64,000 nucleotides of DNA from Minisyncoccota bacterium (GTDB taxonomy: Bacteria > Patescibacteriota > Minisyncoccia > Phycocordibacterales > GWA1-40-21), in assembly GCA_041663045.1 (NCBI GenBank), contig JBAZRH010000001.1:1817-65816 (forward strand), in the 5' to 3' direction. The notes under the pieces are model-generated. The model was not told the DNA's origin and did not search any database. It saw only the letters and a program-made list of their open reading frames with translations. Position numbers and translations under genes: made by a program. Positions within the stretch are counted from its first letter, which is position 1; the number at the start of each line of letters is the position of its first letter. Positions 1 to 7,914 of this stretch are shown one piece after another.

Positions 1-61
1 TCTGCTCGCAATCGTCATCTTCGCAATCATAGTGATGGCAATAATGTATCACAAAAGCTGA
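1..61 (+). CDS. 3' end of an upstream CDS (hydrophobic C-terminus), partial
   Basis: Frame 2 reads ...LLAIVIFAIIVMAIMYHKS* to TGA at 59-61, followed by a small hairpin and a T-run. Confidence 0.25.
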   Translation, partial: LLAIVIFAIIVMAIMYHKS

Positions 62-138
62 CCTATGGAGGTCGGCTTTTTATTGTATTAATTCATTTTT
101 TCTGCTATATTTTCTCGTGAAAGGATGATGCCCTGCGT

Positions 139-208
139 GGGCGTATAGCTCAGGTGGTTGAGCGGACAATCCTTGCGAATCTCGGATTGTCCTAATAAGA
201 CGAGGTCC
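139..208 (+). pseudogene. partial tRNA-Ile-like copy (5' two-thirds only)
   Basis: Acceptor 5' strand and D-arm identical to the intact tRNA-Ile at 235. The anticodon region is replaced by a perfect hairpin (ggacaatcc...ggattgtcc). No T-arm or 3' acceptor strand. Confidence 0.5.
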
Positions 209-234
209 TTTAAAATTCATTTGGTATTCAAAGT

Positions 235-308
235 GGGCGTATAGCTCAGGTGGTTAGAGCGCGTCACTGATAATGACGAGGTCCCAAGTTCGAGTCTTGG
301 TACGCCCA
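235..308 (+). tRNA. tRNA-Ile (anticodon GAT)
   Basis: Cloverleaf readable by eye. Acceptor gggcgta/tacgccc, D-arm tagctcaggtggttagagc, anticodon loop ctGATaa, T-arm ccaagttcgagtcttgg. No encoded CCA. Confidence 0.9.
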
Positions 309-316
309 CATTTTTA

Positions 317-360
317 AAATTCAAAGGCGGTTTTGCGAAGCAAAACCGCCTTTGAATTTT
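317..360 (+). terminator. rho-independent terminator
   Basis: Perfect 19-bp stem (aaaattcaaaggcggttttgc / gcaaaaccgcctttgaatttt) ending in a T-run. Confidence 0.7.
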
Positions 361-388
361 ACCCATACTAATGTAATATTTACTTTAT

Positions 389-426
389 GGGCGCGTGGCG
401 AAATTGGCAGACGCATACGCGACAGG
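389..426 (+). pseudogene. 5' half of a tRNA-Leu-like gene (acceptor and D-arm only)
   Basis: gggcgcg + tggcgaaattggcagacgc. The D-arm is 19/19 identical to the intact tRNA-Leu at 553. No matching 3' anticodon stem follows. Its acceptor strand is exactly complementary to the 3' fragment at 662-668. Confidence 0.5.
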
Positions 427-552
427 TTTGTTAGCTTATTAAAAAGCTAACAAAAGACGGAATAAAATTATTAGCAAATAATTTTATGAGTCGGGGTCGC
501 GACCGAATTTTGCGACGGCAAAATGAGAGTTGTGACCGTGATGATTTTTAGT

Positions 553-636
553 GCCGCGGTGGCGAAATTGGCAGACGCGCTACGTTCAGGTCGTAGTTCT
601 CGCAAGAGAATGGGAGTTCAAGTCTCCCCCGCGGCA
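553..636 (+). tRNA. tRNA-Leu (anticodon CAG), type II with long variable arm
   Basis: Acceptor gccgcgg/ccgcggc, anticodon stem ctacg/cgtag with loop ttCAGgt, long variable arm, T-arm gggagttcaagtctccc. Confidence 0.9.
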
Positions 637-644
637 CATTATTT

Positions 645-669
645 GGAGGTTCAAGTCTCCCCGCGCCCA
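645..669 (+). pseudogene. 3' tRNA fragment (T-arm and acceptor 3' strand)
   Basis: ggaggttcaagtctccc + cgcgccc + a. The acceptor strand is the exact reverse complement of gggcgcg at 389-395. It lies 8 nt downstream of the intact tRNA-Leu. Confidence 0.5.
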
Positions 670-680
670 CAAAGTAAACT

Positions 681-2018
681 ATGAAAAATTACAAAGAATA
701 TTTTAAAGATAAAAAGGTGGTGATAATGGGTTTGGGGTTATTGGGCGGGGCGCTTAATGACGCTATCTTTTTGGCTGGCTGTGGCGCAGAGTTAACTATC
801 ACTGATTTGAAATCAAAATCAGAACTTGCACCATCGCTTAAAAAGCTTTCTAAATTCAAGAATATTAAATATGTTTTAGGTCACCATGATTTAGAAGATT
901 TTAAAAAAGCCGATTTCATACTTCAGCCTGGGAATGTGCCAGTAGATTCCCCATATCTGGCAGAGGCTAAAAAAAATAATATTCCAATTCACGAAAGTGA
1001 GTCATTATTTATGGAATATGCAGAAAATATAAAAGTCGTCGGAGTGACAGGTACTAGAGGGAAGACCACCACCACTTGCTTGATCTATGAAATATCAAAA
1101 TCTGTTTTTGGTAGGAAAGTTCATCTAGGTGGAAATGTGAAGGGTAAGTCTACTTTATCTCTACTAAAAGATATTCGGGAGGGCGACCTTGTTGTATTAG
1201 AACTAGACTCTTGGTGTTTACACGGTTTTGGCGATATCGGAAAGAGTCCGCATATTTCTGTCTTCACAAATCTGATGTCTGACCATCTGAACTATTATTT
1301 AAAAGGCAGTAAAGATGAAAAAGAAGCGGAGCAGAAATATTTTAGTGATAAGGCGCAAGTATATTTAAATCAAAAGAAAGAAGATTTTCTAATATGTGGA
1401 GAAAAAATTGCTAAGAGAATCGGCAGGGTAGAAAGTCAGAAGATTATTGTCGGCAAAGAGAATGTCTCCAAAGACTGGAAGCTGAAAATAAAAGGCGAGC
1501 ATAACCTTGAAAATATTTCTTGTGCTGTGAAGGTCGCAGAAATTCTTGATGTACCGATGAATAAAATAAAAAAAGCGGTAGAAAAGTTCTCTGGTGTAGA
1601 AGGGAGGCAAGAATTTTTGCGAGAATACAGAGGTGTGAAAATTTATAATGACACGACTGCTACAACACCCGATGCGACAATCGTTGCTCTAAAATCGCTA
1701 GGGGATTTGAAGCAGAAGAATATTATCTTAATAATGGGTGGAGCGGATAAAAATCTTGATATGTCGGGATTTATAAATGAGGTGCCAAAATACTGCAAAA
1801 AAGTGATTTTATTGGCCGGAACAGGCACGGAAAAACTGGGAGGTAAGATAGACGGGGTAGTGGTAAAAAGCCTCAAGGAAGGGCTTTTAGAGGCCTTAAA
1901 AGGGGCGAAAAAAGGGGATATTTTGCTATTCAGTCCGGCTTTTGCCTCCCTCGGTATGTTTACCAACGAATTTGATAGGGGAGAACAATTTGTACGGCTA
2001 ATTAAAGCCTTGAAATAG
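681..2018 (+). CDS. murD: UDP-N-acetylmuramoylalanine--D-glutamate ligase (Mur ligase family)
   Basis: N-terminal Rossmann motif VVIMGLGLLGG and Mur ligase P-loop GVTGTRGKTTTT. Length 445 aa. Adjacent to murC. Confidence 0.8.
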   Translation: MKNYKEYFKDKKVVIMGLGLLGGALNDAIFLAGCGAELTITDLKSKSELAPSLKKLSKFKNIKYVLGHHDLEDFKKADFILQPGNVPVDSPYLAEAKKNNIPIHESESLFMEYAENIKVVGVTGTRGKTTTTCLIYEISKSVFGRKVHLGGNVKGKSTLSLLKDIREGDLVVLELDSWCLHGFGDIGKSPHISVFTNLMSDHLNYYLKGSKDEKEAEQKYFSDKAQVYLNQKKEDFLICGEKIAKRIGRVESQKIIVGKENVSKDWKLKIKGEHNLENISCAVKVAEILDVPMNKIKKAVEKFSGVEGRQEFLREYRGVKIYNDTTATTPDATIVALKSLGDLKQKNIILIMGGADKNLDMSGFINEVPKYCKKVILLAGTGTEKLGGKIDGVVVKSLKEGLLEALKGAKKGDILLFSPAFASLGMFTNEFDRGEQFVRLIKALK

Positions 2019-2230
2019 GAAATCTGAATAGACAAAAAGGGGCTGTTTTGGGCGAATGTCAAGAATAGCCCTTTTCTAGCTATATTTTTACGACCTTGGT
2101 TATAAGTGATATTTATTACTTGACTTTATAGTTATATTGTGCTAGACTTATAATTGAATATCAATATTCGAATCATGGCATGCGCTATGGGGAATGTTGA
2201 TAGGAAATGCAGGCAAACGGAGAGTGAAAG

Positions 2231-3139
2231 ATGGAAAAGCAAGAAAAGTTCGTTGTAATGGATAGTGGTGCGTGGACATGGTACAACAATCACGTGGTTC
2301 TCGACGAAGGCAAACGGACACGTCCCCGCAATATGTTGCCCCTATCCGCACTCGCTGAAGTGACCATGGCCCTTGGCCGGCCACTGACGCAATCCGACCT
2401 GAGTGTTTTGGTCGGCAAGGATGGTTCGAAGGCCAAGTGCGGAATTTGCGGCGAGGAATTTCAGCCTGTGCGTTTTGCCATCATTGATGACGATGCGCTC
2501 ATGTTGATCTCCGAAAGCAAAGCCGTCCTCGAGGATATGTTCCTCTACGGTGGAAGCTTCATGGAACATCAGGAGCGGATTTATCCGCTTTGTGGTGGCC
2601 TCTGGCTCTTCGACCCGACCAGGAAGGATTCCCATGGCGAGTGGTATAGCCTTAACCCACAGACTTGTCTGGGTCAGAAACTCGACGAGTTCGGTAGGGA
2701 CAAGAGCGGGGCAATTCGTCCGACACTCACTCTCGCGGATGTCGAAGAAATTCGCGAAAAGGAACGTGAGGCGCGGGCGAAGAAGACCACTAAGATTGAG
2801 GGTGGCACGGTCATCGAGCTCGTCGGCGACTGCGGTGGCATGGTGAAATTCGTGCAAGGAGGTGTGGTGAAGGGAAATGAGTCCTGTACCATCTACCTCG
2901 GTACCCGTCGTCATCTCACTTTTGATCAAAATGGCATTCGTTTTGCCGAAAAGGTCAAGGAGAGACATCCCAAGGGTATATCCCGCGGGATGAATATTGT
3001 GTACGAACGCAATCGAGTCGGTGACAAAAGTGAAGCGTTCGGTTGGGCCCCGGCACACGAATACGATGAAGTCCTCAAGAAGTATCAGCAGGCCTTCTCG
3101 AAATCCGAGCCGAAGCCGCAGGTAGTTGTAGCAGCCTAA
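2231..3139 (+). CDS. hypothetical protein encoded on a high-GC island
   Basis: Intact 302-aa ORF with GGAGAG RBS. GC is markedly higher than the flanks. Own AT-rich promoter region and two downstream terminators. No recognisable motifs. Confidence 0.6.
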   Translation: MEKQEKFVVMDSGAWTWYNNHVVLDEGKRTRPRNMLPLSALAEVTMALGRPLTQSDLSVLVGKDGSKAKCGICGEEFQPVRFAIIDDDALMLISESKAVLEDMFLYGGSFMEHQERIYPLCGGLWLFDPTRKDSHGEWYSLNPQTCLGQKLDEFGRDKSGAIRPTLTLADVEEIREKEREARAKKTTKIEGGTVIELVGDCGGMVKFVQGGVVKGNESCTIYLGTRRHLTFDQNGIRFAEKVKERHPKGISRGMNIVYERNRVGDKSEAFGWAPAHEYDEVLKKYQQAFSKSEPKPQVVVAA

Positions 3140-3161
3140 TTCCGAAAAGAGTGTAGGCAAC

Positions 3162-3245
3162 CCGGTAGCAAGAAGTTTCAAAACCTTCTTTGCTACCGGT
3201 TTTTTTATTGGCGGGATTTTCGCGGAGCGAAAATCCCGCCTTTAT
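3162..3245 (+). terminator. tandem rho-independent terminators
   Basis: Hairpin ccggtagcaagaag...cttctttgctaccgg + T7, then ggcgggattttcgc...gcgaaaatcccgcc + T-run. Confidence 0.75.
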
Positions 3246-3275
3246 CTTTTTATTTATGCTAGAATATTTTTATAT

Positions 3276-4586
3276 ATGAGGAGTATTTTAAACACATCAA
3301 AAAATATCCATTTTATTGGTATCGGTGGTATCGGTATCTCTGCTATAGCAAGGATGATGCTTGCAGACGGCAAAAAAGTTAGCGGTTCGGATGCCTCTGG
3401 TTCTGAAATCATAGATTCACTAAAGAAGCTTGGTGCGGAAATTAAAATTGGACACAATACAGAAAATTTACCGAAGGATACTGACTTGGTAATCTATACA
3501 GTCGCAATTTCAAAAGAAAATCCAGAATTTATTGAAGCCGGAAAGAGAAAAATAAAAATGCTTACTTACGCCGAAGCACTTCACGAAATTTCAAAAGACA
3601 AATTTACTATCGCTGTTTCTGGTACGCACGGTAAGACGACTACGACCGCTATGATTGCGAAAGTCTTGATAGACGCAGGACTTGATCCTACCGTGATAGT
3701 CGGTTCACTTATAAAATCAGATGAGAAATCTGGTTTTGCTACGAATTTTATTGCGGGCAGAAGCAAATATTTTGTAGTAGAGGCTTGTGAATATAAGAGA
3801 TCGTTTTTAAACATAGAGCCCACTATCGTAGCTATTACAAATATAGATAACGATCATTTAGACTATTATAAAGATATAAAAGATATACAATCAGCTTTTA
3901 ATAAATTCGCAAAGAAAGCTCCAGAAAAAGGTTTTGTGATTTGTAATATTAAAGACAAAAATATAAGCGGGGCGACTGCTGGCATATCAGCAAAAATCGT
4001 AAATTGGGCGGATTTTAAGGCGGATAAATTGAGGCTGAAGGTGCCGGGTGAGCATAATAAAAAAGATGCAAGTGTCGCTCTCGCTGTGGCACATTTGCTG
4101 GGGATTGATAAAAAGAAAGCGGAGAAATCCTTGGAAGGTTTTGTCGGTACTTGGAGAAGATTTGAATATAAAGGGGAGACAAAGAGTGGTGTTATTGTTT
4201 ATGAAGATTATGCGCACCACCCCACGGAGATAAAAGCAACACTGAAAGGAGCGAGAGAGATGTTTCCTAAACAGAAAATCGTAGTTGTATTTCAACCACA
4301 TCTTTTTTCAAGGACAAAATTACTTTTGAGAGATTTCGGAAAAGCTTTTTCAGATGCGGATGAGATCTTACTTGCCCCGATATATCCTGCGCGTGAAGCT
4401 TTTGACCCGACCATATCTTCTGAAATCTTGGCTGAAGAAATAAATAAAAATAAGAAAACCGCTCAATCTTTTACCAGTTTTGAAGATATAGAAAAAGAAT
4501 TAATAAATAAGTTGAAAAAAGGCGATATTTTGATTACAATGGGAGCTGGTGAAGCTTATAAGATTGGTGAAGAAATAATAAAATGA
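3276..4586 (+). CDS. murC: UDP-N-acetylmuramate--L-alanine ligase
   Basis: HFIGIGGIGISAIA N-terminal motif and Mur ligase P-loop AVSGTHGKTTTTAMIA. Length 436 aa. Confidence 0.85.
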   Translation: MRSILNTSKNIHFIGIGGIGISAIARMMLADGKKVSGSDASGSEIIDSLKKLGAEIKIGHNTENLPKDTDLVIYTVAISKENPEFIEAGKRKIKMLTYAEALHEISKDKFTIAVSGTHGKTTTTAMIAKVLIDAGLDPTVIVGSLIKSDEKSGFATNFIAGRSKYFVVEACEYKRSFLNIEPTIVAITNIDNDHLDYYKDIKDIQSAFNKFAKKAPEKGFVICNIKDKNISGATAGISAKIVNWADFKADKLRLKVPGEHNKKDASVALAVAHLLGIDKKKAEKSLEGFVGTWRRFEYKGETKSGVIVYEDYAHHPTEIKATLKGAREMFPKQKIVVVFQPHLFSRTKLLLRDFGKAFSDADEILLAPIYPAREAFDPTISSEILAEEINKNKKTAQSFTSFEDIEKELINKLKKGDILITMGAGEAYKIGEEIIK

Positions 4587-5329
4587 AATCAAGCACGGAA
4601 AAAATAGTCTTTGAATCGCCGGAGAAAAAACATTTTGAAAGCATGGTTGATGATCATGAGGGACTTCTTCTTTCTATGGTTTTAAATCTACTCAAAGAAT
4701 CTAATCCTGAAGCGATAGAAAGCAAGCTCGGAGAAGGGAGGCTTGCAAAAGTCTTCGAGATTGGCCATATATTTAATTGTTGTGTGAAAATCTTGAAAAC
4801 AGAAAGAGACGAATCTGTGATACAAAGTCAATCTTTGACTTCAGAAGTTGAAATGCAAGACAAAATGTCTGGAATAGGTCGCTCCGGTGTAAAAGTTCCT
4901 CAACCATATGTTTGGGTTAGAATGAGACCGGAAGCAGATGATAATCTCAAAGAGAGTGTAGTTGAGTTTTTCTTTATGGAGAAAATAAAAGGCGCGAGTC
5001 TCGAAGATGTATTCAAAGGTATAAAGCCCTTACCGGATAAATTTGATTTTGAATCTTTTTTCAAAAAAATATCAGATTTTGTGACAGAGATGAACGAAAG
5101 ACATATTTTCCACAGAGACCTCCATAAGGGGAATGTAATGATAGATGAAGAAGGCAATCCTTGTGTCATTGATTTCGGTACAACGGTAAGTGTGTGGGGA
5201 GACGACGATAATGAAATCTATAGGGATCGAAAACCGGATGGCGGTGTTATTATGTATCCGAAAGATCCGGTATCTGTGAAAAAATTAAGAGCAGAGATGA
5301 GAGAGTGGTTGACAAATCATAATAAATAA
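4583..5329 (+). CDS. minimal eukaryotic-like protein kinase domain protein
   Basis: Gly-rich loop LGEGRLAKV, VKILK lysine, catalytic loop HRDLHKGN and DFG motif. Start overlaps the murC stop (ATGA). Confidence 0.6.
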   Translation: MKSSTEKIVFESPEKKHFESMVDDHEGLLLSMVLNLLKESNPEAIESKLGEGRLAKVFEIGHIFNCCVKILKTERDESVIQSQSLTSEVEMQDKMSGIGRSGVKVPQPYVWVRMRPEADDNLKESVVEFFFMEKIKGASLEDVFKGIKPLPDKFDFESFFKKISDFVTEMNERHIFHRDLHKGNVMIDEEGNPCVIDFGTTVSVWGDDDNEIYRDRKPDGGVIMYPKDPVSVKKLRAEMREWLTNHNK

Positions 5330-5375
5330 TATAGTATACGATATGGAAAATATGAATAAACAACAGGAGGGGACA

Positions 5376-5600
5376 ATGAAAGTGGAAAGGGGTTTTGCAC
5401 GGAGTTTTGAGGCCCAGATAGACCTTTCTTTGCAGGAAATGCTTGTTGCAGGTCTTAATGAGATTCAGATCCCCGGAAAAACAGGAATGTTTATCATGAC
5501 AAAAGAAAATCGTGATATGGCTGTTGCCAAAGGTGCAACCGTCCTTTCTCCGATCAAAAGTCATGAAAAGACTTTCTGGGTCGTTCAGCTTGTTCGATAA
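5376..5600 (+). CDS. hypothetical small protein (74 aa)
   Basis: GGAGG RBS 5 nt upstream of the ATG at 5376. Followed by a hairpin terminator. The 6-frame ORF begins at 5343 but has no RBS there. Confidence 0.45.
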   Translation: MKVERGFARSFEAQIDLSLQEMLVAGLNEIQIPGKTGMFIMTKENRDMAVAKGATVLSPIKSHEKTFWVVQLVR

Positions 5601-5637
5601 GAGGCTTCTCGCATCTGCGTTTAGCCTCTTTTATTTT
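5599..5637 (+). terminator. rho-independent terminator
   Basis: aagaggcttctcgcatctgcgtttagcctctt followed by ttattttat. Confidence 0.6.
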
Positions 5638-5645
5638 ATCTCTTT

Positions 5646-6338
5646 ATGAATAAATTTTATGTAATCGGAACGCCAATAGGAAATCTAGAGGACATCTCAT
5701 ACAGAGCGGTGAGGATTTTGAATGAAGTCGATTTAGTGCTTTGTGAAGATACTAGAGTGACAATAAATCTTTTGAATAAATACAGTATAAATAAGCCGAC
5801 AATGAGTTATCATTCTCAAAGTAAGCTCTCAAAGGTGGATAAGATTTTGGAAATGATAGCTGAGGGCAAAACACTTGCTCTTGTCTCTGATGCCGGAACA
5901 CCGACCATTTCTGACCCTGGCTCAATGCTTATTTCAAAGATTCGCGCAGCGTTTTCCGAAATAGAAATAATTGCTATACCAGGTCCCTCGGCGCTTGTAT
6001 CCGCACTTTCGATTTCCGGTCTTCCTGCTTCTGAATTTGCTTTTCTTGGATTTCTGCCACATAAAAAAGGTAGAGAAACTCTTTTTAAAGAAATAGCCTC
6101 TGCAGAGAGGACCGTCGTCTTTTATGAATCTCCCCATAGGATTCTGAAAGCACTTGAATCGCTTAAAGATCACTTGGCTCTGCCAGAGCCAAGTAGTAGG
6201 AAGATTGTCGTCGCTCGGGAGCTTACAAAAGTTTTTGAACAAATCGTATCAGGCACAGCCGAAGAAATTCTTAAATATTTTGCCGATAATCCCGACAAAG
6301 TGAGGGGAGAATTTGTAGTAATGGTTTCAGCTAAATAA
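5646..6338 (+). CDS. rsmI: 16S rRNA 2'-O-methyltransferase RsmI (tetrapyrrole methylase fold)
   Basis: YVIGTPIGNLEDISYRAVRILNEVDLVLCEDTR matches the RsmI N-terminal signature. Confidence 0.8.
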   Translation: MNKFYVIGTPIGNLEDISYRAVRILNEVDLVLCEDTRVTINLLNKYSINKPTMSYHSQSKLSKVDKILEMIAEGKTLALVSDAGTPTISDPGSMLISKIRAAFSEIEIIAIPGPSALVSALSISGLPASEFAFLGFLPHKKGRETLFKEIASAERTVVFYESPHRILKALESLKDHLALPEPSSRKIVVARELTKVFEQIVSGTAEEILKYFADNPDKVRGEFVVMVSAK

Positions 6339-6390
6339 CAGGGTTGATTTTTGCCAGGATCCCGAGAAAATCAACCCTGTTATTATTTTG
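6337..6390 (+). terminator. rho-independent terminator
   Basis: aacagggttgattt...aaatcaaccctgtt (14-bp stem) followed by attattttg. Confidence 0.65.
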
Positions 6391-6437
6391 CTATCTAGCT
6401 GGTCTATGTTATATTACTAGTAATTAATCACAAAGAT

Positions 6438-6686
6438 ATGATAAAAATTTCATCAATATTTATTCTTGGTATCATTATTGCGATCGTTCCGTTTACTGGC
6501 TTCCCTAAGACAGTAAAGGATTTCACTTATATATTCGGTGGCCTTATTGTCACAGGACTCTCTTTACTTATCAGAAGAGAATTACATGAGGTTTTGAGGT
6601 CTCTTCACAATGATCATATAAAGACTGATACATTTTCTCAGAATTCTCCAGATCAAAAATCTAGTGAAGATAAAATAAATGGCTAA
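6438..6686 (+). CDS. small membrane protein (2 predicted TM helices)
   Basis: Hydrophobic N-terminal half. Stop overlaps the start of the next gene. Confidence 0.4.
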   Translation: MIKISSIFILGIIIAIVPFTGFPKTVKDFTYIFGGLIVTGLSLLIRRELHEVLRSLHNDHIKTDTFSQNSPDQKSSEDKING

Positions 6687-7881
6687 AGTAGCAAAGAGCA
6701 AAAGATTTATATTTTTTCTTTTTACTATTTTGGTCGTTGTTGTTTTTTATTTTCTTCTTCCAACACTATTTCCAATAATATCTGAAAATAGAGAATTGAC
6801 TACAAATACCTCTACATCGACAGATATTGTAATTCACATGAACACTCCCAAACCCCTAAAGGCTATTTACATGACGGCTTGTGTCGCCGGTACTCCAAGC
6901 TTTCGTGAAAAACTGAAAATAATTGCTGAAACTACAGAGATAAATGCAATAGTTATAGATATAAAAGATTATACCGGTACTATTACTTTTAAATCTGATA
7001 ATCCGCTCTTTAAAGAAAATAGTCCTAAAGACAACAAAGGCCAAGGCTGCCAAGTAGATGATCTGAAGATTTTTATATCAGAGCTTCATAGAAGCGGTGT
7101 TTATGTAATAGCGAGAATTTCTACATTTCAAGATAAATATCTTGTAAGTAAAAGGCCAGACCTTGCTGTAAAAAGAAAGACAGACGGTGCAATATGGAAA
7201 GACCACAAGGGTGTAAGCTGGCTTGATGCAGGATCAAAAGAAGTTTGGAGTTATATTTCAACACTTGGTAGGGAAGCCTATAGTATTGGTTTTGATGAAT
7301 TGAACTTTGATTATATAAGATTTCCTTCGGATGGGGATATGAAAAATATTGCTTACACTTTTAGTGATGGAAGACCGAAAGCAGAAGTGATGAAAGACTT
7401 CTTTGTTTATATTTCTTCTGTATTTAAGCCACTCAATGTCCCGATTTCTGCAGACTTATTTGGTATGACGACGACGAACAAAGATGATTTAAATATTGGG
7501 CAACTTCTTGAGGATGCTTTATTGTATTTTGACTATGTTGCGCCTATGGTTTATCCGTCGCATTATCCCCCGACATTTTTGAATTTTACAAATCCGGCCG
7601 AGCATCCTTATGAAGTTGTCAGTTATTCTATGAAATCTGCTGTTGAAAGAGCAAATTTAGCAAGCACCACTCCTTATAAGCTTCGCCCGTGGCTTCAGGA
7701 TTTCGATCTCGGTGCTACTTATACGCCGGGAATGATCCGTGCACAGATAAAAGCTACATATGATGTAGGTTTGGATTCATGGATGCTTTGGGACGCTGGC
7801 AATACCTACACAGTGAAGGCTCTCTGGCCGAAAGGATTCTCTGAAAAAGATGCCATGGCCTCAAGTACAATTTCAATATAG
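6679..7881 (+). CDS. membrane-anchored putative glycoside-hydrolase-like TIM-barrel protein (DUF4015-like)
   Basis: N-terminal TM helix. Motif ELNFDYIRFPSDGD resembles the GH-like DUF4015 family. Assignment by motif only. Confidence 0.45.
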   Translation: MAKVAKSKRFIFFLFTILVVVVFYFLLPTLFPIISENRELTTNTSTSTDIVIHMNTPKPLKAIYMTACVAGTPSFREKLKIIAETTEINAIVIDIKDYTGTITFKSDNPLFKENSPKDNKGQGCQVDDLKIFISELHRSGVYVIARISTFQDKYLVSKRPDLAVKRKTDGAIWKDHKGVSWLDAGSKEVWSYISTLGREAYSIGFDELNFDYIRFPSDGDMKNIAYTFSDGRPKAEVMKDFFVYISSVFKPLNVPISADLFGMTTTNKDDLNIGQLLEDALLYFDYVAPMVYPSHYPPTFLNFTNPAEHPYEVVSYSMKSAVERANLASTTPYKLRPWLQDFDLGATYTPGMIRAQIKATYDVGLDSWMLWDAGNTYTVKALWPKGFSEKDAMASSTISI

Positions 7882-7914
7882 TTTTGTTTTTAAAAAATGG
7901 TATAATTTTATCAA

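Noticed and set aside
389-669. Possible tmRNA (5' and 3' ends pairing into a tRNA-like domain around an internal segment)
   Set aside because: The 5' part has a canonical tRNA-Leu D-arm that tmRNA lacks. The internal segment is a complete tRNA-Leu, not a tag-peptide ORF with pseudoknots. No GGGG…CCACCA ends and no resume codon or ANDENYALAA-like reading frame.
1389-3181. Antisense and overlapping six-frame ORFs (e.g. 1389-1610-, 1643-2062-, 2148-2384-, 2342-3181-, 2550-2846+, 2674-2892-)
   Set aside because: They lie inside or opposite well-supported genes (murD, the high-GC island ORF). They have no RBS and are the usual by-products of open antisense frames, especially frequent in the GC-rich island.
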